NCBI GenBank assembly: GCA_033442325.1 | Contig: JAWQFM010000007.1 | Span: 578,948 to 642,947 of the forward strand | From: Salpingoeca rosetta | Lineage: Eukaryota; Protista; Choanoflagellata | Length of the DNA: 64,000 nucleotides | Direction: 5' to 3' | Part shown: positions 43,143-58,623 of the stretch, in pieces | How the letters are laid out: each line of letters begins with the position of its first letter | How positions within the stretch are numbered: position 1 is the stretch's first letter | The notes under the pieces: model-generated | Told to the model about the DNA's origin: nothing | Databases searched by the model: none | Seen by the model: the letters and a program-made list of their open reading frames with translations, nothing else | Program-made: the position numbers and the translations under genes

Positions 43143-44162
43143 ATGCCCATCGCCGCGACCAAGCTCGACATCTCCAGGGAGCAGCACACCGAGGAGATCC
43201 CCGCGTCATGCTACTTCACCCCTCGCACCGTCAGGGTATGTTTTGTGCGCTTTTGCTTGCTTGTCATCTTCATGATGATGATGGTGGTGATGGGTGGTTG
43301 CGGCCTGCAAGAGTTGCGAGCTTTGTTGTTGTGGTGGTGGCAGCGATGGATGGGGCATGCTGTTAGAGTGTGTTGAGGGTGGTCAGCTACATGAAAGAGA
43401 GAAAAACATGATGACACTGTGACATGATACCCTTACCCTCTTACCAACAACAACAAGGACAACAACAACAAGAAGTACAACAACAAACAATAACAACACG
43501 ATGTGTCTTGAACACCCATCACAAGCAACCCAGCCATACACATAGTCATCACACCTAGCATGTGACCCACTAACCCCACCCCTCCCCTTTTGGTTCTCCA
43601 CACGTACGCTTTCATTTGCCCGCTTGCAGGATCTCCTGTGCTACTATGCGTTTATCCTGTTTGTCACGAGCTTCCTGTGGTTTGCCGGCCTGTACCTTTG
43701 GGCCATTCACGACAACAAGGATGAGGAGCGCGTCGGCATGGGCCTCACCATTGCAGGTGTGTATGACGCGCTGTGTATGTGTCTGTGTGTGCATGTGCAT
43801 GTGCATGTGCATGTATGTNNNNNNNNNNNNNNNNNNNNNNNNNNNNNNNNNNNNNNNNNNNNNNNNNNNNNNNNNNNNNNNNNNNNNNNNNNNNNNNNNN
43901 NNNNNNNNNNNNNNNNNNATCCCCCCCCCTTTCTTTCTTTTTTTCCTTCCTTCCCTTTCTCTTGCTTCCCCCCCCTGCCCATCATGTACTCACTAGCTCA
44001 CTTGCACGATATGCCTGGCCCGTGCCCCTATTTCCACGTGCAGGCATTGTTGTTGGTGGTGGTGCCATCTTGGTGATCACAAGCATCTGCCTGTGTAACT
44101 GCAACAAGCCGCTGCCGGAAACAGAGGACAAGGACGACGATATTGAGATGCAAGAGAAGTGA
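43143..44162 (+). CDS. Small two-transmembrane protein (~112 aa), unknown function
   Basis: Exons 43143-43235, 43630-43756 and 44044-44162 splice in frame; two hydrophobic helices, then CLCNC and an acidic tail. The second intron contains a gap. Confidence 0.65.
43819..43918. other. Assembly gap (100 N)
   Basis: N run. Confidence 1.
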
Positions 44163-45065
44163 AGGGGCTGGTTCTTTTGCCCTCGCTGATATCGTTTCTC
44201 CCTCCCCCCCCCCCCCTTTTCACATCGCCCCAAAACGTCCTCGCACACGTGTACACTCACACGCGCACGCACCAACCAACCCACCACTTCACACACACTC
44301 AACCACAATGCATTGCAGTGACCCCTAGTTTCCCTTCCCCCCCCCCCTTCACCCCTTCGCCCTCTTTCTTTTTCGCATCAAGCACACTTTCCTCCACCCT
44401 CTCCACCCTCGTTGGTGTGTACATGTTTCGCTTGGTTGTTTTAGGCATGTTCTGTTGATCGCTGGCATGAAGTGCACCAGAAATTGCGCCATTCACGCTG
44501 ACACACTGACACGTTGATACGACAGACTGTTCCTTTTCTTTTCCCTTCCTCTCTTCTCCTCCCCCCCCCCCTCACACACACCGTTTGCATTTGCCGTGTC
44601 CGTGCGTGTGCACTCCTGATATCGTGTGTGAGGGATTGTGTGCTCTTTTGCGTGTAGGCTGTGTTTTTGTGTGCTTGCACAGCACGGTCTGTTACCCAAC
44701 ACGCCCTTGCCCACAAACAGTGGTGTTTCCTCTCTGTTCCTCCGTTCTCAAGTTCTCACGCGCGTCGGTGGCCTGTGTCCGTGCGTCCATCCCCTTGTGT
44801 GTGAGTGTGGTTGTTTCTTCCTCGTGTCTTTGGTGTTGCCCTTCTTCCTCTATCTGCATCATCTTCCCTCCTCCTTGTTGGTCGGACCTTAATGAACACT
44901 CGACAGTGAAACCCTGAAAGCAACCGCAGCACAGCCATGGGTGGGCGCATGATGGAGGCATGCGTGGTTCTGCCGTAGTCGTAGATTCGTTGAGATTGCG
45001 CTGCATGCATGCACGTACCCACGCACCCATCCTCTGTCGCGTGAACCCTGCTCGCACTTTCCCCC

Positions 45066-45194
<129 letters not shown>

Positions 45195-45733
45195 ACGTTG
45201 AGTTGGATTGATTGTTGTTGTACTTGCGTGGACCAATAAATGTAAGGCACACTCGGCATGAAGAACAAAAAGAGCGTGTAGGGCAAGGAGAGGCACATCC
45301 TCTCTCAATCAATCAATGATTCGATCGATCGATCAATCGACCAATCAATCAATCAATGAGAAGCGCGGTGCTCATGTCACCAAATGATACGAATCGAAAC
45401 TAAGCAGAAGAACAAAAGGCCATGTCACCGCGTGTTAAGCGACCCCCTTTGAACAACAGGGGGTCGCAAGCAGGTGTAGCATTATGAACGACAAGCACGC
45501 AAGGCGGTGCTGACGACGTTCTCTCAAGGGTCAGAGGAACAGGTGCAAGATAACTGGCATCAAGCCAAAACCCAAGGCCAAACCAAAGTAACAAGTGGTG
45601 GTGGTGGTGGTGGTGGTGGTGGCAATTGCACCGCCCCACAAATGCACATGCATACACAAGAGGCCATGGTGTACGACCAGCGCACAACGCTCCTGTCGCC
45701 AAAGCTGTCTGTCTGTGGCGGCCACCCTTCTTC

Positions 45734-46420
45734 TCAGACGACGTGGTGGGGCGTGTGCGCGGTCGGGTGCGTCCACGGCTGCGTGTGTTGCGCCTTGAAC
45801 GAGTGGCTGGCATAGTCCTGGGCGCAGGAGGAGGAGGAGGCCGCGTCTGTGGCAGTCTGCACAGTGACGTGGGGAGGCACGTCGCTCTGTTCCTCCTGCA
45901 TGTCCTCGTCCGAGTCTGAGCTAGAGTCCTCAGACTCCGTGTCAGAGACGCTGGGCAGCTCCTGGTGGTGCTGGCGGTGGTGCTGGCGGTGGGGTGCTGA
46001 CTGGCGCATCGCTGGGTAACGCGCCTGGTACGGGGTGGTGTGCGCACAGCTTGTGGTGTCCATCGCCGATGGCTGCTCTTGTTGCTGCTTAGGCACCTGG
46101 TTCTCGACGTCCTTGGACACGTCCATGGCCGTGGCCGTGGCAGGCTTGGTTGCGGTGGCGGATGCGCTAAGGCGGGAGCGCCTGCGCATGGATGGCACAG
46201 AGCGCTCGCGGCGGGTGAGCACTGGCGAGGAGGCGAGGGCCTCCACGTTGTCGCACTTGGCAAACATGTTCTGCAGCTTCCTCCACATGTCACGCTGCAT
46301 CAGGCTCTTGCGCAGGCTTGTGGACGAGTCCTCGGCCATGCGGCAGTTCTTCTTGTAGGCAATGGGGATGAGCGTGTTGTACGTCATGGGAGGCGCGCTG
46401 GTAGATGTTCTCGTCATCAT
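45734..46420 (-). CDS. Intronless 228-aa protein with SERTA/IER-like N-terminal motif (paralogue B)
   Basis: GCCATGATG start; MTYNTLIPIAYKKNC...SLRKSLMQRDMWRKLQNMF is homologous to 2757-3560; RRRSRLS and an acidic Ser-rich tail. Confidence 0.75.
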   Translation of the reverse strand: MMTRTSTSAPPMTYNTLIPIAYKKNCRMAEDSSTSLRKSLMQRDMWRKLQNMFAKCDNVEALASSPVLTRRERSVPSMRRRSRLSASATATKPATATAMDVSKDVENQVPKQQQEQPSAMDTTSCAHTTPYQARYPAMRQSAPHRQHHRQHHQELPSVSDTESEDSSSDSDEDMQEEQSDVPPHVTVQTATDAASSSSCAQDYASHSFKAQHTQPWTHPTAHTPHHVV

Positions 46421-46650
46421 GGCGTTTGCTGTTGTTGTTGTCTCTGCGGGAGTGGTGGTGTTGGTGACTGCTTCGTCTTCTCACAGTGATCGCGTGCTGG
46501 CTTGACTTGACTGGCTTGCCTGCTTGTTGTGTCGGCTCTCTGGAAATGAACGTGGAGATGCGGTGGTGATGGTGTGCACTGGCTATTCGTTGGGTTGGTG
46601 GGCTGTTGGGTTGGCTGGTTGCTAGACGTATAGCAGCGCAGCAGAGTGCT

Positions 46651-46675
46651 GATTGGTTGGGGAAGGTTCTGGAAA
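46651..46675 (-). promoter_or_regulatory. Perfect three-unit heat-shock element (GAAggTTCtgGAA) next to a CCAAT box
   Basis: HSE at 46662-46674 and CCAAT on the minus strand at 46652-46656, about 240 bp upstream of ATG 46420. Confidence 0.4.
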
Positions 46676-47698
46676 AGCGGTGATGTATCTGTTTGTGTCT
46701 GTCTTGGTCGTGGGTCGTGGAGTCTTCTGATCAGCAAACAGTCCTTTGAGTTGGCTTTTCGCTTGCTTGGTTCTTGGTGTTGATCGAGGATGTGCGCGCT
46801 GTGAAAATGACACATTCCAGCGTTTGCACTCCAACCAAATCATCGCACCAAGGCGAGGTCGGGGCTGCTTCTGCTTTTGCTGCATGCTGTTGCATCGAGC
46901 GCGTGGGTGTGTAAAGCCTTCGCCTTTTGCTTTGCTCCGTGCGACGACTGTGTTAGGCCAATCAACTTATGTATGTCATCAAAGCGTGATGGCTGAACGC
47001 AACGCAGCGCAACGCAAGCAATCACAACCCACAATGCAAGAAGTGTGCAACGCACAACAAAGCCGTGCGAAAATACATAGATGCAACCCCTCGAAAATAC
47101 TTGCAAATCTTCAACAAAGGCCGTCACCGACGGTTGCTGCAGCACGGGTGTGACAAAACCGAGCGGGAAAATTGGCTAAGGGATGGACGAATACGTTTGG
47201 GCGGTGTTGGCTCTGAAGGTGGACGAAACCAAGCGCTTGGCTGCGTCTTGCGCCAGCGTTTTGTTGTCGTTTGCTGTGCTCTTCCCACGCAATCTCGCTG
47301 CTTTGCGCGCTGCGTCGCGCGCTGCTTCACGCGCCGATTGCCTGCTTTGCCCCTGACGCCTGCTTGCGTTGGTCGCTCACTCACGTAAACAATCAGAGGC
47401 AGTGGGAAGAGCAACAGTCGGTGCGTCCAAGATGAAACCAATGGCCTGGATGAAAGCAGTCCCTGCACAGAGAGGGGTGAACAAAGGATGAAGGCAAAGG
47501 TGGTGCAAGGTGGGACGCAACTTGTGTGTGTGTGTGTGTGCTGCCCCTTTGGCGCAACAAAGGCCAACCTTGCCTTTGGGATGAAAGGGCTGGCTTCGCG
47601 CTCGTTGGACCACCACGCAACGATCACCACATGCAAAGGTCGCCATAATTTTGTGCTGTCGAAGGACCAGTCAGGCTGACGAAACCAACTCGCTCGCG

Positions 47699-49802
<2,104 letters not shown>

Positions 49803-50127
49803 TGCCCGTGCACACATGCACCCGGCCACGATATTGCCCTTGTCGTGCTGTCATCGTCGTCGTGTTGCTGCGCTGGTCACCGTTGAGCGCACTGCGGCTG
49901 TACGTCAGCGCGTGTGTTTGGCGTGGCTTTGCCCAATAAACAAAACACACCACCACCACCTTCAAGGCCGCTGCCGCTGTCGCTGTTGGCACAGCCCGTA
50001 CCATCACGCTCGAACAGTCTTTTAATCACAACAACGCACGCACATGTGAAGAGAGAAGCACACACTACAACAGCGACAAGCGTCCACACGTCGCCACACA
50101 TGCGCTTGCATGCGCGAGAGGCGCGCT

Positions 50128-50326
50128 TTACACGCCATATCCGAGCACAGCACCCTGCACGGGGCGCAACACAGCATCAGCAGAAGACACGTGCGCAAGA
50201 AAGGCAGACGGTGTGAGCTGATGCAATGATTCAGGCACAACAGGCACGCCCCGGCCCGCACACATCGCGTCATTGTCACACACTTGTACATGTACGCACG
50301 CACGCGCGCACACACAGAGAGACAGA

Positions 50327-50371
<45 letters not shown>

Positions 50372-50610
50372 CCTTTGAACATGAGCTTCATCTGTGCAAC
50401 AGGGCACCCAGTCTCCTTCGCAATGAGCTCCTTCAAGTCCTTCACTGTCTGGTCGCTGGACACCGTGACCCTCTTCGTCTCCTTTGCGTACACCACCCGC
50501 AGCGTCATAGATGCGGCTGTCTCATCCTTGGCTTCGCTCATCGTTGTTGTTGTTGTTGTTGTTGTCAGCGTTTGTGTGGGGATTTGTGGACAGTTGCAAC
50601 TTTTTTTTTT

Positions 50611-50652
<42 letters not shown>

Positions 50653-51375
50653 GTTCAAGTAATGCCGTACACTTGGTGGCTTATTGACAAGTAACGGCAC
50701 TCATACCTCTTGGGATGTGTTTGGATAGTGGATGATGAGCTTGTTGTTTGCCGTCTTGATGTGCAGGCGGGCCTGAGACACGAAGCAAAGCACATCGACA
50801 CAAGGGGGGGGGGGAAACATGAGTGTGAACGGAGTGACGGACACATGTGCATGTCTGTGTGTGTGTGTGTGTATGCATGTGAGTGCGTACACGTGCGCGT
50901 GTGTGCGTCAGCACTTGTGCACCACATGCATGTCCACGGCACCTTCTTGCCGCCATCGCCGATGAGGCCGGCAAGCGGACCGTCGGGCAGCGGATCCTGA
51001 CCAGGGCGGTACGCTGTTCACCATCATCACCACCACCACCACCATCATCATCATCAGAAGCAGCAGCAGCAGTAGTAGTAGTAGTAGTAGTTGTCGTAGT
51101 AGTAGTAGTAGTAGCAGCAGCAGCAGCAGCAGCAGCAGTGGGGAAGTGGAAGCATGCACATCAAGCAACCGCAAGGGGTACGGTGTGGGTAAGTGTGGGG
51201 ACACGTTGAAGGGTGAGCACGTTTGCAAAGGGTTGTCGACACCGAATATCAACGCACCAAAAGGGGCGTCCGCCGGAGGGCCCTTCTGGATGATTTCACG
51301 ATGCACCTGCAAAGAACGAAGCAGCACGCAAACGTGAGGGACAATGGCAAGCGCAGATGTGGATCTGATTCACCA

Positions 51376-51465
<90 letters not shown>

Positions 51466-51860
51466 GCACGCAAAGCGCGCACACACACACACACACACAA
51501 CACACACAACACACACGCACACACGCACACACACAAAGCACGCACCCTTTCTTCGCTCCACTTCTTCTTCACAGTGGTTGCAGCCGCTGGGACGGATGGT
51601 GTGTCGAGTAGCCATGAGTGGGAATGTAACTGTGCCTCCCTTCACACCTTCACGCATACACGCCAAGTACAGCAATGATTGAGGCACATCAACACGGAAC
51701 ACAACACACCGCCGCCCATACCTTGCGCCTTGAACGCAGCCGTGTTTGACACCTGGTCTGCTTGTGTGACCTCGGCAACTTGTGTCTGCGTTGCGCCCAC
51801 AACCAACACCTTTGCTTTCTGTTCATCGACGGGTCACACCACAACATGTGGTGAGTGGGG

Positions 51861-51895
<35 letters not shown>

Positions 51896-52110
51896 TCGCT
51901 GTGGAGTTGTCATGTGAACACTGCGGTGCTGTGTGGCTCGACAATGCATATGGAGGAACTGTTTTCACACGCAACGGCTGACCTCTTTCAATCCGGTCTC
52001 CGAGATCTTCTTTGCGTCCAGCTCGGGTTTGCCAGGTGCCGCCAGCAACCCTGCGCAAACGCGTGAGACCGTGAGATGTGTACAAAGAAAGCACATGAGC
52101 CCTTGACATG

Positions 52111-52189
<79 letters not shown>

Positions 52190-52359
52190 CCTTTGAACAT
52201 GAGCTTCATCTGTGCAACAGGGCACCCAGTCTCCTTCGCAATGAGCTCCTTCAAGTCCTTCACTGTCTGGTCGCTGGACACCGTGACCCTCTTCGTCTCC
52301 TTTGCGTACACCACCCGCAGCGTCATAGATGCGGCTGTCTCATCCTTGGCTTCGCTCAT
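50128..52359 (-). CDS. UBFD1-like protein (N-terminal ubiquitin-like domain plus C-terminal PH-like domain); model disrupted
   Basis: UBL exon TVKDLKELIAKETGCPVAQMKLMFKG-LL, then VLVVGAT, KKKWSEE.HREIIQKGPP, DPLPDGPLAGLIGDGGKK-ARLHIK and a last exon GAVLGYGV*. Penultimate exon(s) appear replaced by a copy of exon 1. Confidence 0.7.
50369..50655. repeat. Exact duplicate of 52187-52474 (UBL exon 1 plus 5' flank)
   Basis: Identical apart from homopolymer/microsatellite length, bounded by (CA)n and (GT)n. Confidence 0.92.
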
Positions 52360-52428
52360 CGTTGTTGTTGTTGTTGTTGTTGTCAGCGTTTGTGTGGGGA
52401 TTTGTGGACAGTTGCAACTTTTTTTTTT

Positions 52429-52470
<42 letters not shown>

Positions 52471-52541
52471 GTTCACTCTTTCAACACCTTTGTTCCAACG
52501 CCAGTCTGTACTTGTTGGCATGTATTCGCTTTCATTGGTGC

Positions 52542-52932
52542 TCACGCCAGACCAAACGCAGGCTGCACCAGGCACGCAAGAAACGGGTGTCAGTAATCAG
52601 AACGTCAACACTGACTCTCTGTTCCTTTTTGCTCACTCAAGCACGCACAGCATGCCCTCTCACACACAAACAAGCACATACACATACACACGCACGCGCG
52701 CACACACACACACACACACATACACGCACACGCACCACCACAACAGTGGCAACAGGGGCGCACCTGGTCGGTGTACTGCTGCAAGAGGTGGCGGGCGAGC
52801 GCAACATCGTCGCGCGCTTCGCTCATCCACTCCATCGCCCCATTGACCTCCGGCAGCGCCCCCGTCCGCTGCACTTCGTCTTCCCGCGCCACACGCTCAA
52901 GCACCCCTGATGATGGTGGTGGTGATGGGTGA

Positions 52933-52977
<45 letters not shown>

Positions 52978-53568
52978 CGTGTCAGCGTCAGCGGGACATT
53001 CACAAGCAACAACCTTCGCTGACACTTGCACGCCTCAATATGCAATAGCACATGCGCTTGCACCCACCTTGGACGGTGTCGTGGCGGTGGGAGCCCCCCA
53101 ACGCGTGTCGCACGTCGTCGTGCGTCTGTTCGGCGGCCCGCAGGAGCTTTTCTCCGCGCGCAGCTTCAGCGAGGGCCATCGTCGTGGTGGTGATGGTGGT
53201 GGTGGTGGTGGTGGTGATGATGAGAACGGTGGAGGGTGAGATATGACTGTAATGTAAGGCGATGGGATGCGAGGGAGGGGTGTGAATGTGACTGCGCAGT
53301 GATGATGCAGAAGATTACGGGGGCGCAATGCGGACATGTCAACTGGTGCAAACACGAGAGCGGTGCGCACGCACAGCGATATTGGGCGTGGAGCAGCGTG
53401 GTGAGGAGATGGTCCACACTCTGATAAACACATATACACAAGACCAAACGAGCAACGACGCGTGAGCACGTTCTTGCATTCTTCACACACACACGCACAC
53501 ACACACGCACACACACACGCATACGCACACACACGCACACACACACACGCATACGCACACACACGCAT

Positions 53569-53636
<68 letters not shown>

Positions 53637-56600
53637 CTGGTGTGGGGCGAGCAGGGTGGTGCGGAGGTGGTGTGCAAACGAGGGGTTCCAGTATCCGTTG
53701 ACGGTGGTGTCGTCAGCACGGATGGACGTCTGCCCAAGACGCAGCCTGTGGACCATGGGGCCATTGCAGTCGGGATTTGTCAATGTGTAGATTATGTGTG
53801 TGTGTGTGTGTGCAAGGGAAAGACGTGGAAATTGCACTTCTGTGTGTGTCTGTGTTTGTGTACAGGATGAAAAGGAACGACACACAAGCACCGAGCCACG
53901 CGAGTGTGTGCACTTACGGTAGGCTGTCGTCATGTGCGATGGTCAGGGCGGAGAGTGGGAGGCGAGAAACAAGCTGCACCTCCTCTTGCATCGCATCTGA
54001 TCATCGAGAAATGCGGCCAGGGGGAGGAGGGGTGGGTGGCGATGAGAATGGTGGCAGGGGTGTGCACGTGAGGCGAATGAACGATGATAACCATGCAGTG
54101 ACAGAGGTGAGACACCACCACCCTGCTTGCACACGTGTGTGCGTGTTGGTTGTACAAGTGTGTGCGTGTTGTGTTGGTTGTACAAGTGGGTGCGTGTTGT
54201 GTTGGTTGTACAAGTGTGTGCGTGTTGTGTTGGTTGTACAAGTGGGTGCGTGTTGTGTTGGTTGGCACCTGCGTCCGTGTGGTGCTGCATCGTCTCAACA
54301 CGCTGCTCCACGTCGCCGAGTTCTCCGCGCCGAAGCTGACGGCAGGCGAGGTGATAGTGGTGGTGGAGGCGATGGTGGTGATGATGGTGGTGGTGGTGAT
54401 GGGCACATGTGAACAAGAAGAGCACGTGCGGTTCTGATCTGACTGCACACGCAATCAGCATGCATACAAGCGCAACTCAGACACACAACCAGACAAGCAA
54501 CCAACGCAACACAACGCAACGCAACGCAACGCAACGCAACGCAAACACAGTTGAACATATGGTCTTTTCCATGTCTCTCGTTCTTGTCGTGTCTCAGCAG
54601 CATCACGATGCACTCACGCTGTCGAGTTGTTTGTGTGTGTGCACGCGCAACTGCTCGACTTGACGCGATATCCGCACAAGATCTGAACTCAGCACTCGCT
54701 GATGCGACGATAAAGGATCGTGGTGATTGGTGATTGGTGATTGGTGATTGGTGACGGCAACGTGAACTTGGATACACTGTGTCAAACCAACGCAAGCAAC
54801 AACCACAGCAAACCCCCGCCCGTGCACACAAATTCACACACACACACACATCTGTCACTCTCCACCACCATCACAACCACCACCACTGCCATCACCGCCA
54901 CCGCTGGCATCACCATGTCATCCTCGAAGGAGTGCAGCTGTTTCGTCTTCGTCGCGGCGGCGTCGCGCTGTCGTGCGCGTGTGTTCACGACGCTGGTGGC
55001 ATCAGATATGGACACCTCCAGGGCCTTCCTCTCCGCCTCAACAGCAGCAGCATCGCCCATCGCCTGCACGTACTCCCTGGCATGGTGCGGGTATGTAGCG
55101 AGGTAGGCATGAGTCGGTGAGAGAGGGACGAAGGAGGACAGGTGCTTGCGTGCGCGCGCGCGTGTGTGTATGTGCTTGTGTGTGTGTGTATGTACGTGTG
55201 TGTATGTGTGTGTCTGTGTGTCAAGTAGCATCTGCTTCCATCCACTTCGCCTCTATTCCATAGTCGGCATCACCACAACCAACACCCAAACACACACCCA
55301 ACACGCACGCACACACACCCAACACCGAAACACACACCCAACACACACACCCAACACGCAAGCGCAAGCATACACGCGTCGACAGGGTCTCTGTGCGCTC
55401 ACCGTAACGCATCGTCTGCGCGCGTGTCTCCGAGTTGCAGTTCAATCGCATTCTGTCCACAAAGGAGTTGGTGTTGGTGTGTGTGTGTTGTGTTGTGTGT
55501 GTGTGTGTGCGTGTTTATGAGGAACAAGTGGTTCTCGAAAGGGCATCATATCACAAGAAGAGCAGAAGAACACAATTCACCACCACCACCACCAAGATCG
55601 CCATCCACTTCCCCACCGCGTGCTGCTGGCACTGGTCCTCGTGCTGCTGCGCCGTCTGGTTTGCGCTGTCAATCTCCAGCGACGACAGCACATATTTCCG
55701 CTCTTCCTCCTGACACCGCGCACCGGTTTGTGCGTGCATGTGTGTGTGTGAAAGTGTGTGTGTGTGTGTGAAAGTGAGAGAGAGAGAGCGTGTGTGTGTG
55801 TGTGTGTGTTGCAAACAACAAGCAGCGCCATCAGTCATCCACCACACACAAGCACGTGCAGCGAATTCACCACCACCAACTTCACCACTGGCCGTTTACA
55901 CACGTGCACGAGCTGCTCGAGCTCCGTCAGCAAATTCGGGGGCGCATCATCCTCGCGGCGGCAGCTGGTGGTGACGGTGATGATGATGGTGGTGGTGATG
56001 ATGGTGGTGATGATGGTGGTTTGTAGGTGACAACACACACACACACACACACAAGACAAAAACACACACAAGACAAAAACACAAACGAGCGCGGTTGTGC
56101 AGTTGTTAGCAAGCAAAACAGCGGATAGAGGAGTGCTGCTGTCACTGTGTGACCGTGGCATATGGCAAGATATGATTATGATTGATCGTACTCGATGCGA
56201 GATGTGTTCGCTGGTCGCCCGTCGCTCTCAACATCACGCGCAATCTCCTATCGTCGTACACGCACGCACACACAAGCATGATACATGAGCACACGCACAC
56301 AACCGCACGCACAAGCATGAGCACACGTACACAACCGCACGCACAAGCATGATGCATGAGCACACGCACACAACCGCACACGCACGCATACACAACAAAA
56401 ACTGTCCAACCTCTGTGATGCTCAGGAGCGCATCTGAAATGTCTCGATATGAATGTCTCTGTCAGCAACAAAACAAAAGTCACATTGCACGTGCGTATGT
56501 GAGTGGGTGAGTGAGTCTGTGTGTGTGTGTCTGTGTGTGTATGTGTGTTTGAAGGCACGACAAGCTTTCAAAAGAAGAGAGAAAGGAAAGCAAGCAACGG

Positions 56601-57711
56601 CGCACAAGCAATTGCATCTAGAATCCCTTCACACACACACACACACGTACTCAAACGTCGCGTGCAATCACAAACGCAATTGTTTCATCACCTCATACAG
56701 GGCGTCAACGACAGTCAAGTCCTTCGTGGATGTATCGTGTTTGATGCCGTGCTTTGATGTCAATGCGACTGAAGGCAAAGAAACTGACACACACACAACG
56801 CAACACACGTGTGCGCGTAACACATGCACACATAGCATGCACATAGCACACACACACACATAGCGCATACACACACAACACACAAAACACACACACACAC
56901 ACGCACACACCATCAAATTCACATGTCCCCGCAAACGCGTGTGAAGGTGTTCATGGTTCATACCAGCTTGTCGCTGTGCACAAGTTTCCTGAGCTCCTTC
57001 TAACAACGCACCACGACGACCACGCACGCATGTGTGAGAGATAGCGATACGGTGAGTGCTTGGGGGTCAAGGCGCAACGACAGCACCTGTCAATCTCACC
57101 TGGCATTCACCTTCGGCGCCGTATCCATCCATGAGCAGCCGTTGCTTCTCCCTGATGGCACGATGCGAGCAAGGAATGCAACGTCATGGATGAGGGGACT
57201 GGACGGAGGGGACACTTTGCAATCTACACTGGACAGAGTGAACCGACCGCTGCAAACACACATACACACACACGCACACACACATACACACACACACAAG
57301 CAACATACACAAGCACAAGCAAAAATGCACACACAGTGCCGCTTACACTTCAAGGAGGCGGTGCTTCCCGTTGTACACATCAGCCATGACTGTTGCCAGC
57401 GCATCCAGCCGATCAAAGTGGTGCTGCATCTTATGTTGCGCGGCCTGCATAGCGATCACGACACAAAGGTGCACAATGAGGCGACTTGCTCAAGGTGGGC
57501 ACCTGCACGACTAAAATTCACTCTCACACACACACATATACACACGCATCACAACAAAACAAGGAAGCATTTGTCTTCGACGACAGCAAAAGGGGCACCG
57601 TACGCCTTGAATGTAGCGGTGAACGGCGTGCTCCTGCTTCTTCGACCTCAACTGCTGCGACTCTTGAGCTGTGAATTCATTGTCCCACAAACACGCACAG
57701 TCACATGCATA

Positions 57712-57758
<47 letters not shown>

Positions 57759-57989
57759 TGGGGGAGGCAAGGCAGCGACGTCAACGGCACAACCCTAGGC
57801 ACAGCCCTAGGCACAACGACGCAGACATGCCCGCGCACCTTGCTGACAGAGCTTGTGTTGGAGCAGACGCACTTCCTCCTCCAGCGCTTCAATTTCACGT
57901 TCCACCTCTTCCTCGCTCATCTCAGGGCCCTTCAGCGCCCTCTTCTTCTTGCCCGGCCCACCCCTCTTCCCTTTCGGTCCCTGCACCAT
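52542..57989 (-). CDS. Multi-exon coiled-coil protein, weakly reminiscent of augmin subunit HAUS5
   Basis: Helical exons with GT..AG ends: [88 protein letters not shown]. The exon chain is not fully resolved and could be two genes. Confidence 0.55.
54150..54265. repeat. Intronic ~29-bp minisatellite (x4) TGTACAAGTG[TG]GTGCGTGTTGTGTTGGT
   Basis: Directly visible tandem copies. Confidence 0.85.
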
Positions 57990-58122
57990 CGTGCTGGTGT
58001 TAGCGATGCCGTCCGACTGCAAGCGAGCAAGCGAGGATGCAGGACCAGTTTCGATTGCTGTTGCCGGCAGTGACGGTTTCGGAAGATTATGAGAAAACAT
58101 TCGTTGATTTTCAGCATCCAAG

Positions 58123-58562
58123 ATGACGGCGATGACAGCGAGGTGTTGTGTGTGGTGGGCGGCTGTTTGGCTGGCTGCTAGCCACCTTGTTGTGCTGGAT
58201 GGCCGTGTGGCTGCACGTGACCCGGACGACGTGGCCTCCTCCCTCATCGACGATGCAGAAAGCCTTCCAGTTGTTCAAGAACAGAAGTGAGCACCCGTCC
58301 TCTGCTTTGATGCGGAGATATGGATGTGTATTTTATGGAGTGACATGATGTGTTTGTGTGCGGCTGTTTGAAGTGTGTGTTTGTGCTTGCGTTCCTTGGT
58401 TTGCATTCACGTGTCTGTGTGTGTTTGTGTGTGTGTGTGGGTGTATCAAACGGCTCGTGCTTGTTGCACTGTGTGCTTGATAACACCGCCGCTGTTCATT
58501 GCATTGACTTGCCGTGTTTGCTTGTTTTTGTTTTTTTGGTTGTAGCTCACCTGTCGGCCACG

Positions 58563-58623
<61 letters not shown>

